64,000 nt of DNA from Camelus ferus (lineage: Eukaryota), in assembly GCF_009834535.1 (NCBI RefSeq), contig NC_045697.1, positions 63,366,001 to 63,430,000 of the forward strand, written 5' to 3'. How positions within the stretch are numbered: the stretch's first letter is position 1; every line of letters starts with the position of its first letter. The translations under genes were made by a program, and so were the position numbers. The notes under the pieces were generated by a model that made no database searches, was not told the DNA's origin, and worked only from the letters and a program-made list of their open reading frames with translations. Of the stretch, positions 54,151 to 64,000 are shown piece by piece.

Positions 54151-55043
54151 AGTCTTTAGTCCCATATACAGATGAAAACTTAGAAAATGGCAGAGTTTGC
54201 AAAACAAGCCCTATTTAACAATTGACATTACCCATGTATTTTGTGATTGTTTCCTTCTAAAGAGTGAAGGCATAAAGAAATAAATAAATGGAATTAAAGC
54301 TTCATCTGCTCCCTCTTAAGGTCTTTCATAAATCGTATGTGGTGTATGTTTGCGTGTTGACTGTGTCCAGTTCTATGCAGGTAAATGGTTAACAATAAAC
54401 AAATAAAAATGCCCTAATTCATAACATTTTCTAACTTCTGTAGTGTAAATAATCCTTTCTGGTGACCAATTTCAGATGATTTGTGTAATGTAAATGAACA
54501 TGAGTTTGGGATGTGTTAGGAGGAAAGTTCTCTGCTACCAGTTTAGCAAAAAAGATGCCAAAATTCCATGGTCAGGATTTAGCTATTGGGACTGCACAGA
54601 TTCTGGTGAATATGACAAGGTTACTTGATAATTGAGGGAGTCTGGAAAAGGATGAAATATGGAAAAAGAGGTAAACTATATGTGACTCTCAGAAACATTG
54701 CAGTATATAACACAGCAAAACAAAATTTAGATAATGGATGTAATGCTTATGTAAATACTTTTTGTTTATTCCCCTCATTCCCTTTTTGGTTTTCCTTTGT
54801 AGTACATTGGTTAAGTTGGTCGTAGGGGTATTTGCTACAGGAAGATGCTAAACTTCTTATCTCCTCTGAGATGGATTGTGAAAGAATAATTTGGGTGAAG
54901 TCATTTTGGTTAATAGTCACATAAACTATGTGGTGGATGTTTTCAAGACCACACCCCTCATGATATAGGGTCTAGAGAAGAGGCAGATGTCCCTCTTGCT
55001 ACTCCTTACAGTTTCTTGACCAGTGTCTTTTCTGCCTCCCTAA

Positions 55044-55616
55044 TGTTGCGGGAGAATAGGTTCTTGTCTCACGCAGGAAAGAATTTAAAAGCGAGGCATA
55101 GTAAAGTGAAAGTAAGTTTATTCAGGGAGATACACACTCCATAGACAGAGTGGGGTCTGTCTCACTCAGAAGGGGGAGCAATTTAGGAGATTAACATTCC
55201 ATAGGCAGAATGTGGGCCATCTCAAAGGCGAGGGGGAGAGAGATTGAGAGGTTTGGGGGTGTTTAGTTTAAAGTAAAAGTAGATGCACACTCCATAGACA
55301 GAGCATGGGCCATCACAGAAAGCAAGAGAGAGAGACCTGTTGTGGGGTAACAACAGGTATTATGGGCTCAGTAATTTCATATGCTAATGAGTAGGAGGAT
55401 TATTCCAATTATTTTGGGAAAGGGTCGGGAATTTCCAGTTCTTAACCTTTTATGATCCACCTAGGAACTGTCATGGCGCCTATGGGTGTGCCATGAGGCT
55501 CAAGTTCTACTGGAAGTCGAATCTTCTGCCACATTGGTTCTAACCACTTTGTCCTGTCCTCAGTTGCTGCGTCATTCCTTCAGTGGTTGTGCCCTGACCC
55601 CTTCCCTCCTGTCTCA
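55044..55616 (-). mobile_element. Artiodactyl ERV1-like solo LTR with three internal ~33-bp repeats
   Basis: TG...CA termini (tgttgcggg...cctcctgtctca). tttatt at ~55117 is AATAAA on the minus strand. Repeated cactccatagacagag..gggccatctca motif. Confidence 0.8.
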
Positions 55617-55849
55617 CTTCTTGATTCAAAGCTTCAAGTCCATCAGACTATTCTACTAGTTACCCCCTTTATTGTGGTCTTTGTTAGACCTCCATCACCA
55701 TCCTCCCCCTATTCTTGAAAGATTATAAATCTTTATTTATTTTTATTATTTCCAATATTACTCCTGAAATAGCTTTTATGTATCCATTTGTTGCTTCATC
55801 TTGGTATATCGGCTCCCTGAACTACTGTTTTTTCATGATCTTGTTCTCC

Positions 55850-56240
55850 ATCCTCTCAGGTAGTGTGTCCAAGTGCTTACCTGACATCTGTACTCCCACG
55901 TCCAACTGGAATTTCAAACTTAACTTGAACAAACTGAATTACTGATTTTTTTTTTCATTTCAAATGTGTTACTTTCGCATCTTTCCTATTCTGATAAATT
56001 CCTACTTAATCCTTCTGTTTGTTTAGGCACAACATTAGAAATCATCCCTGTCTCCTATTTCTCTCCAAGTCCATGTCCAAGTCATCAGGAAATTTTTTCA
56101 TTCTACCTTCAAAATCTACATATTCTCCAACCAATTTTTACCATCTATAATAATAAAACCTTGTCCAACCCATCATCAGCTCTCATCTCACTATAATCGC
56201 CTTCTTAAGCTTCCAAGCTTGCCATTCTGCAGTCTCTTCT
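55850..56240 (+). mobile_element. L2 fragment
   Basis: tccaagtgcttacctgacatctg...tcaaacttaacttgaacaaactgaa...ttctaccttcaaaat. Confidence 0.65.
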
Positions 56241-58568
56241 AACCTAGCTTTTGCCACATTTTACTTTAGGCAAGTTCCCAAATCCAGTCCACACTCAAGG
56301 GGAGAGGATTATACAAGAGTGCAAATACAAGAAAAGGGATCACTGGCCTTTCTAGAAGCCACCTACTTCAGGCAACATATCCAGTTTTAAATACTAGGTC
56401 TTGCACTTAGAATTTAAAGCTAGAATATTACTAGCATTCTCTTGCAGACACAGATTTCAGCTGTCTTCCAGTTTGAAAGCTGCCAACACTGTCCTACTTA
56501 TCAGCATTTAAAAGGTCTAAGAATGGAAAGGTGCTCTTTCCTTCCATTTCAGTACTACACCAGCCAAATCTGCTAATGGAAAGCTGCTCCTTATAGTTCA
56601 AAATCGACCAGCAGCAACTTGCAACTCCTAAGGCCATGGCATCTGTGCTTTAGCTGAGACTAACAATGGACATTGTCTTTCTGATGTTGTTGGGGCCTAG
56701 AGGCTTTGTTGAGGCCCATTCATCCCACAGACCACCACTTAACACTCACAAAGATGTAAAAATATCTCCTTGCCCATGGGGAAAGTCTCTATAAACTGCA
56801 GGCAACCTTCCAGGTTAAAACTCTTAGGATTTAAGGCTGAAGGCTCTCACTCAGACCTTAGCAGGAAAAAGCTGACTGCAGAGCTGTTGAACAGAACGCA
56901 GGCTCTCTGCACGTGATCCAGCTAGCAAAAGAAAGAGGAATGAGCTGACTCAAGCACACTGAGTTCATCCATCCCAAACTTACCAGCAAGGAAAGTGGTC
57001 CTTTCTTTGCTGGGCAGAGAAGCTGAGAGTGTAACTCTAGGAGAGTTCCTTCTACATGAAAGGAAAAGCCAGGAATGTAGAATAAGTGTTCCCCGCAAAC
57101 TTCTAAAATTTACAAATGTTTTATTTGATGTATAATTTTATTTTCTTTAAATGCAGAAAATTAAACATAATCAGAAATATCAGTCTTTGACTTTATGATT
57201 TATTTATGTTTATGTTTAGAAAAGTCCTCCCCGTTCTATAATTGATAGCTAATGTTTACCTATATTTTCTTCAAGTTCTTCTTGGGGTTGTTTTTATATT
57301 TAGTGTTTTAATTTATTTAAAGTTATCTGAATGAAATTTAAAGTTGTATTTTCCCACCTAACATTTAACCAATCAGTTAAGTCACAGTCTATTAAGTAAT
57401 TTGATATATTTCTCTTTGCCTATTGAAGGTGCAAAAAATTTATAACTCTCAAAATTCTCAAGTAAAAGTCAGTACACTAGCTTTGAAAGAATTTTGATAC
57501 TATGTGTGAAGTTAGCCAGTTATGTGTGTATTCTTTAATTGAGAATTTATAATTCTACAAATGTGTTAAAAGAAATAATCACAGATCTGTTTTAAGAATA
57601 TCATCACAGAGGTAATTGTAAAGAAAAGAATGGAGATGCCAGGATGTCAAAAATTAGGAGACTTATGAATAAAGTTATACTTGTATGATGGAATTTCATG
57701 CCTTTGTCAGAAAGTACACTGAAGGAAAATATTTGATGTGAGAAAATTCCTGAGAATGTAGTTGGGGGAAAAATTTAAAACAGAGAATGTGCATTTATTC
57801 CAATCAATTACATTGACAGAAAAAAACTGGGGAAAAAAGTACATACACACATATTAAATCAATGATTATCTTGAACAATTAGATTTTTGTTTGTTTATCT
57901 ATCTATTTACTTAGGAATTCCTTTTTCTCATTTGTACTTTTCACACTTGTTTATCTCCTCTGATGAATTTAAGATAACTGGAAGTAGGGACTATTTTTAT
58001 TAAACGTACATCATAAAATCTGGTTTGTGTTAGATTCTCATTACTGCTTGTTAAATGTTGTTAATGAAGTAAGACCATAGTTTCAGCTGTGGCAGCAGCA
58101 GAATGTACCAAGAATGTTCGAGAAAATAAACAAATCAAGGGATAGTGGAGATTCAGGTCATAAGGAGGTGCAGCAACAACTGGTTTGGATTCAGCCTTAG
58201 AGACTAGAGATCAGGGACAGAATTTCTCCCCTTGAGAGAAATAGTATGTAAAAACAGAAACTCAGCCTTACAATATCTGTACAATAACTTAGGGAAATGA
58301 AATAGGGACTTTAAGGTTCAAATATCATGTACTTCCAGAATTGGGATATGAGTAGAAACTGTAGTTTCTTAAAATTGGAGAAAAACAAAAGCAAAATTAA
58401 AATGAATAAGCTTAGTCATTGCTGAGGTAACCAATACCATCATCAACAAAAATAGGCTGGTTTAAAGAAATATATTGCTAATAAGATTAGCTATTTCTAT
58501 CTTAAATTACATTGTAGTGTGTCTGGCATGAAGTCATTGTGCTTTTGGAAATTGACTTTTAAATTTTT

Positions 58569-59694
58569 TTTAACATTTTTTATTGACTTATAATCATTTT
58601 ATAATGTTGTGTCAAATTCCAGTGTAGAGCACAATTTTTCAATTATACATGAACATATATATATTCATTATCACATTTTTTTCTCTGTGAGCTACCATAA
58701 GATCTTATATATATTTCCCTGTGCTATACAGTATAGTCTTATTTATCTAGTCTACAATTTTGAAAGCCCAGTCTCTCTCTTCCCACCCCCTGCCCTCTTG
58801 GCAACCACAAGTTTGTATTCTATGTCTATGAGTTTATTTCTGTTTTGTATTTATGCTTTGTTTGTTTGTTTGTTTTTAGATTCCACATATGAGCGATCTC
58901 ATATGGTATTTTTCTTTCTCTTTCTGGCTTACTTCACTTAGAATGACATTCTCCAGGAGCATCCATGTTGCTGCAAATAGCGTTATGTTGTTGGTTTTTA
59001 TGGCTGAGTAGTATTCCATTGTATAAATATACCACATCTTCTTTATCCAGTCATCTGTTGATGGACATTTAGGCTGTTTCCATGTCTTGGCTATTGTAAA
59101 TAGTGCTGCTAGGAACATTGGGGTGCATGTGTCATCCTGAAGTAGGGTTCCTTCTGGATATATGCCCAGGAGTAGGATTCCTGGGTAATATGGTAAATCT
59201 ATTCCTAGTCTTTTGAGGACTCTCCATTCTGTTTTCCACAGTGGCTGCACCAAACTGCATTCCCACCAGCAGTGAAGGAGGGCTCCCTTTTCTCCATAGC
59301 CTCTCCAGCATTTGTCATTTGTGGATTTTTGAATGATGGCCATTCTGACTGGTGTGAGGTGATTCCTCATTGTAGTTTTGATTTGCATTTCTCTGATATT
59401 TAGTGATATTGAGCATTTTTTTACATGTCTATTGATCATTTGTATTTCTTCCTTGGAGAATCGCTTGTTTAGGTCTTCTGCCCATTTTTGGACTGGGTTG
59501 TTTATTTTTTTCTTATTGAGTCATATGAGCTGCTTATATATTCTGGAGATCAGGCCTTTGTCGGTTTCACTTGCAAAAATTTTCTCCCATTCCGTAGGTT
59601 TTCTTCTTGTTTTACTTATGGTTTCCTTTGCTGTGCAGAAGCTTGTAAGTTTCATTAGGTCCCATTTGTTTATTCTTGCTTTTATTTCTTCTAA
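58569..59694 (-). mobile_element. Young 5'-truncated L1 (camelid-type), ~1.13 kb, perfect 15-bp TSD
   Basis: TSD gacttttaaattttt at 58554-58568 and 59695-59709. Contains the ORF2 C-terminus, 3' UTR and A-tail on the minus strand. Confidence 0.96.
58876..59692 (-). pseudogene. L1 ORF2p C-terminal remnant (~272 codons, one in-frame stop at 59521-59523)
   Basis: [23 protein letters not shown]...[37 protein letters not shown]...[14 protein letters not shown]...[14 protein letters not shown]. The two track ORFs share one frame. Confidence 0.93.
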
Positions 59695-59885
59695 GACTTT
59701 TAAATTTTTAAACAAATGAGATAATACGGATTTTGTCATGATGGTGAAGCTCTAGCACTGCTTGAAGTAGGAAGCTCTTGGAATGTAAATGATTCGTGTT
59801 TCTTTATACATTTACCATAGCTTGATATAAAGCATACTTTGGGAGAATCCAATTACTACTTTTTTCTAACTTAATACTTAACAAC

Positions 59886-60278
59886 TGTCGACTGAAATAA
59901 ATGCGCAGCCTAAAAGTTAAGAGTTATATTTTATTTGGCGGGAGGACTCAAGCCTGAATGACAGCCTCTCAGATCCTCTGAGGGACTGCTCTGAAGAGGT
60001 AGGGGAGGAGCTAAAATATATAGGAGCTTTACAACAAATACCAGGTAGTTGGAACAATAAAAGATTACTTGTTATCTAAAGAAAACCAGGCACCTCAAGT
60101 TAAAGAATTTAGTGCTTTTCTATGTATGGGAGGAAGCAAACATTTGGGCTCATTGAATTCATTCCTTTGACATGCACCTAGCTATCTAGGGCCAGTATCC
60201 TGTCCTTTCTTATTCTGAGTCCCCTCAGAGTGCACCATTGTGAGTGGCTGCAGAGGCTGGGCTGCAGGCCTGTCCTCA

Positions 60279-60316
<38 letters not shown>

Positions 60317-60384
60317 GGCAGCCGCTGATGACTTGGTTTCAGCATTCTTTGTTTACTGATATGGTTGCAGTATTTTCATTCACA
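59886..60384 (-). mobile_element. Intact MER41-like ERV1 solo LTR
   Basis: tgtcgactgaaataaatgcgcagcctaaaagtt...ttttcattcaca. TG...CA ends and perfect 4-bp TSD caac (59882-59885, 60385-60388). Confidence 0.88.
60280..60315. repeat. G36 homopolymer
   Basis: Direct read. Confidence 0.9.
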
Positions 60385-60537
60385 CAACAAATCTTCTGCT
60401 CCATAATATGGTTTCTGAATGGTTCTCTTTACTAAAAGGAAACAACTCAAATAGGTTGCCACCCTGACTTCTTAAGCCAAGTTTAGATTTTGTTGTTAGT
60501 TAATATGTTACCTAGTATCTGATTAAGAACAGTCTCT

Positions 60538-60605
60538 CTCTCTCTTTTTTTTTTTAAAATTGAAGTCTAGTCCAGCAACATGGATGGACCTGGAGATTGT
60601 CATTC
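60538..60605. mobile_element. Miniature L1 insertion with 5' inversion (twin priming)
   Basis: Antisense L1 tail/3' tip joined to a sense ORF2 piece. TSD taagaacagt(c/a)tct at 60524-60537 and 60606-60619. Confidence 0.82.
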
Positions 60606-61094
60606 TAAGAACAGTATCTTATTTATTTAGTTATTCTGAATCATCCCAACAAAATCTACTTGTCCCTGTTTGAGTTGATATAATTTAATTTCTGAAACTT
60701 ACAAACTGCTAACTGAGTCCTGATTTCTCCTGTGGGATTCAGTCTGAAAGAATGAGCTAGTTTATATCTTTGTTATAGCCAAGTAATTTAGGTTACTTTG
60801 GGGTTTGGTCACAGCTTTGATTTAGTGACAAAGCAATGAAGTAATGAGTAGTAACTAGGATTGATCACAAAATCAGAGTAGGGTTAAAAGCAAAGCTAAC
60901 TCAACACTGAGCCAGACATTTATTGGGATATTGTTGCTCTCAACTATCTTTGATTATTGATATCAGGCAGCAAGAGATTTTTTAGTTATGATTTTAAAAA
61001 AATCTCTGTGATTTTAAGAAGGTGAACTTCAACCAGAGCTATTGTTTACCTTGTGAATCTGTACTAAAGGTCTTTTGAAGTAGAGAATACATGG

Positions 61095-61500
61095 TGAGAC
61101 AGTGTTTGTAATAGCAAAAGAGTGGGGATGCAGCACTGGTTAACTTTATTATGATATATCCATAAAATGAAATATTTTACAGCCATATAAAAGAATGAGG
61201 AAACGTATTACATACAAATACATGGTAATTTGAAAAGGCCAGTTGAAGAACACATTATCCTGTATGTATGGAAGAAAAAAATGACTATATATGTGTATAT
61301 GTAGATATAGATATATAGATGTGTGTGTTTCTATTATATACATAAAATATCTGTAGAAGGTTATGCAATAAATTGGTAAGATTTGTGACTTCTGGGTGGC
61401 TGAGGACTAGAAGTGGAAGAGAAATCTTTTCCTGGAAAAAGATATTGTGCCTTTTGAATTTTGAACTATATGAATGTGTTACTAGTCAAAAGTAAATTTA
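61095..61500 (+). mobile_element. Old L1M (ME/MC) 3' end
   Basis: cagtgtttgtaatagcaaaa...atatccataaaatgaaatattttacagcc...aaaagaatgagg. Confidence 0.65.
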
Positions 61501-61699
61501 AATATATATTTAAATGTATGTAATACCTATATATAATTTAAAAGGGATAAGTAAATACAGTCTTATATTTTCTTATATCAAGGAGTTTTTTAACCGAATC
61601 TCATGAAGCTCCAAATTCAAAAAAATTTATAATCTGAGTCCCTCAAAATTTAGAAATTAATTTAACAATTAATTCCAAATTTTAGATTCTATAACTTGC

Positions 61700-62192
61700 A
61701 ACTTCCCAAGCATATTGGTTAAATCTTAGGCATATTGGTTTTTGAAAACTATTTGCCCATGTAGAACTAGGTTATGAATATGTCAAAAATGCCTTTAGGA
61801 CTCAGTTTCTTTCTCTCCATTTCTTGTATTGACTCTGCACTGGGTTTGTTTCTAGGGGTGTCCCACCTACTTGGTGGCCTCTGTCAGTTCAGATGGAAAC
61901 ACATTCTCTGACCTTAGCAGCATGAGCTGAATGAAAGCATCTTTTTATCAAAATTCCAACACAGTTCCCAGATTTGAGCATCATTGGCTCTTGTGCTTTT
62001 TGGTGTCCAGTGGGAAAGGTTGGCTAGGCCCTGGTTAAAAGCTCACAACTATTTCAAGGACATTGGATCAGCACTACTCAAAACAAATGGGATTGAGAGT
62101 CTAGGAGAAATCACTCCCCAAAGGAAAATTCAAATGTTAACACAGTGAAATGAATTGGATGTTGGAGGCAAAAACACCAGATATCAACTACA
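61700..62192 (-). mobile_element. MLT1J/K/L-like LTR
   Basis: ccccaaaggaaaattc...ggatgttggaggcaaaaac...atatcaactaca terminus. Confidence 0.55.
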
Positions 62193-63499
62193 AGAATGTA
62201 TTATAAAGACAAAAACCTTGCATTTTCATTCAGAGACAATGTGCCAGATAGAGAAACCTTACTCAAATTGGTAAGGTTGCTGAGCTTGGAAAGAGCTAGT
62301 TCTGATTTAGATATTGTAGTCAATTTGATGTTGCTCTCATTTTGGTTTACTGCCAAGACAGTAAACAAATAAGCATGGGAAATATACTCCTTAAGGAATG
62401 AAGTGGGTAGAATCAACTTTCCCATGGTTAACTGGTTCCTCACAAAGGTGTGCTTGAAATTCAGTGGTCAGCACCCTGGACTGGAGGAGCCCAGGGCTGT
62501 TGGCTCATTGTCATCTATAGGATGTACCTGATGAAGGACACATATTAGTGCTCAAAAGTCTATCCACTAATATGTAAAGAATGTATTTCTGTGCCATAGT
62601 TAGATGCTCTGCATTTCCTTCCTTACTGACTTTTTGGGACAAAAATGTCCAGTGGGACAAACGATGGCAAAATTTAAAATCACCATGTCTAATAAAAGGA
62701 AAATATTTTCAAGAAAAGTAGCCCACTTATACTATAGAAATCTAAATTATCCAAAATTCTTTATCAGTAATAACACACTGAGTATTAAAACAGCAACACA
62801 CTGTATAACTTGTGGTGTCTATTTTTTACCTAATTTTAGAACTATGAGAATGCATACTCAAATTACATTTACCACATTTGGATGACCATTTAATTTTATT
62901 AGACCTCAAGAATTACTTTCTACCATACTTTTTACTCTAACAGCTTAAACAATTTAAATATTTCACTTACATTAAAATCTGTTTATGTACTCAACATATA
63001 TGAGCCAAATGATCGTGTTTCACTTCAAAAAATCCTTACAAGCGAATTTTAATTCTATAGGGCAGATCCATTAATTATGCTTTCAGAGGAGATATAATAA
63101 ATGGATCTGTACTATAGAATTATGGCATTCAGCAAATATTAATAATGCAAACGCACTCTACCAAACACCTTATAAGTACCCAAACAAATAGATCATTTTA
63201 CATAGTTATAGCTTTCCTTCCACATTCCCCTACGGAACAGGGAAGTATGCAAAACAATTTAACATCAGCTTTTTGGTGAAATCTTCATAGAGGATTAAAG
63301 ATTCTTTGGTGGAGAGGTTATGCATCCCATTAAGATGATCTGTCAAAATTTATTTCTATGAAAGTTTTAATACCTTGGAAAGCTTACAAATGAAAGTTTA
63401 GTTATAAAAGCTTAGTTATGAAAACTTAGAAACTATGAGTATATTGACAGTCATGTATTATAATCCTGAAAAGCCTGGTTCTATTGATAATAAAGAATA

Positions 63500-64000
63500 T
63501 TTTTAAATAAACTTTTTATTTTGAAATAGTTTCAGATTTAGAGAAAAGTTGCGCAGATAGTACAGAGAACTCTCATAAACCCCTCATCCAGTCTCCTCTA
63601 TTGTTATCACCCTTCCTCAGCAGAATCCACTTATCACAACCAAGACCCCTTATTGGTACATTACTATTGACTAAACTCAGCAGTTTATTCACATATCACC
63701 AGTTTTCCCTAATGTCCTTTTTGCTGTCTGAGGGTTTTATCCAAGATGCCACTTAGTCATCATATTTCCATAGCGACATAATCTGTAACAGTTCTCAGTC
63801 TTTCCTTGTCCTTGAGGACCTTGACTTTGGTCAGATTTTTGCAGAATGTCCTTCAATTTGAGTTTGTCCAGTATTTTTGTCATGATTGGACTGAAGTCAT
63901 TGGCTTTGGGGAGAAAGACCACAGAGGTGAAGTACTCCTCTTATCATATATCATATTGTCTGCAGGATGTTAACTTTGATCACTTGTTTGAGCTATTGTT
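63500..64000 (-). mobile_element. L1MC-type 3' end (runs off the window)
   Basis: actttttattttgaaatagtttcagatttagagaaaagttgc...cagttttccctaatgtcc...gcagaatgtccttcaatttgagtttgtc. Confidence 0.8.

Larger units (their letters stand above)
6153..64000 (+). other. CCSER1: Large downstream intron of CCSER1 (next exon not seen in window)
   Basis: I found no exon encoding the expected continuation (recalled as SADMSPASSTTSLPVSP...). The region is AT-rich and repeat-dense. Confidence 0.75.

Noticed and set aside
59378..59719. 113-aa and 110-aa (58609-58941) plus-strand hydrophobic ORFs
   Set aside because: Antisense translations of the L1.
60244..60435. Poly-glycine ORF
   Set aside because: Product of the G36 run within an LTR.
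1..64000. A novel multi-gene or prokaryote-style system (operon, CRISPR, defence island)
   Set aside because: The sequence is mammalian intron. It has no long ORFs, no repeat-spacer arrays and no gene clusters.

Overview
This is AT-rich mammalian genomic DNA, most likely camelid (alpaca/llama/camel), judged from two Vic-1-type tRNA-derived SINEs and a young L1 with a camelid-type 3' end. The only supportable host coding sequence is one 208-nt internal exon on the + strand (5945-6152). Its peptide (...PLQGVEENGGLDSLPFRLMLQDCTAVKTLLLKMKRVLQE) matches my recollection of CCSER1/FAM190A. The rest is long intron filled with transposon relics: L1, L2, MIR, MaLR/ERVL/ERV1 LTRs, Tigger and hAT MITEs, plus microsatellites. 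Almost all ORFs in the track are spurious or TE-derived. I found no convincing new gene system. The best observations are mechanistic: a ~70-bp twin-primed (inverted) L1 micro-insertion whose priming microhomology can be read directly, two other L1 micro-insertions, a four-layer nested TE stack, a G36 tract in an intact MER41-like solo LTR, and candidate recursive-splice and regulatory sites. Repeat family names come from recognition of consensus features, not a database search. Boundaries of old repeats are approximate.
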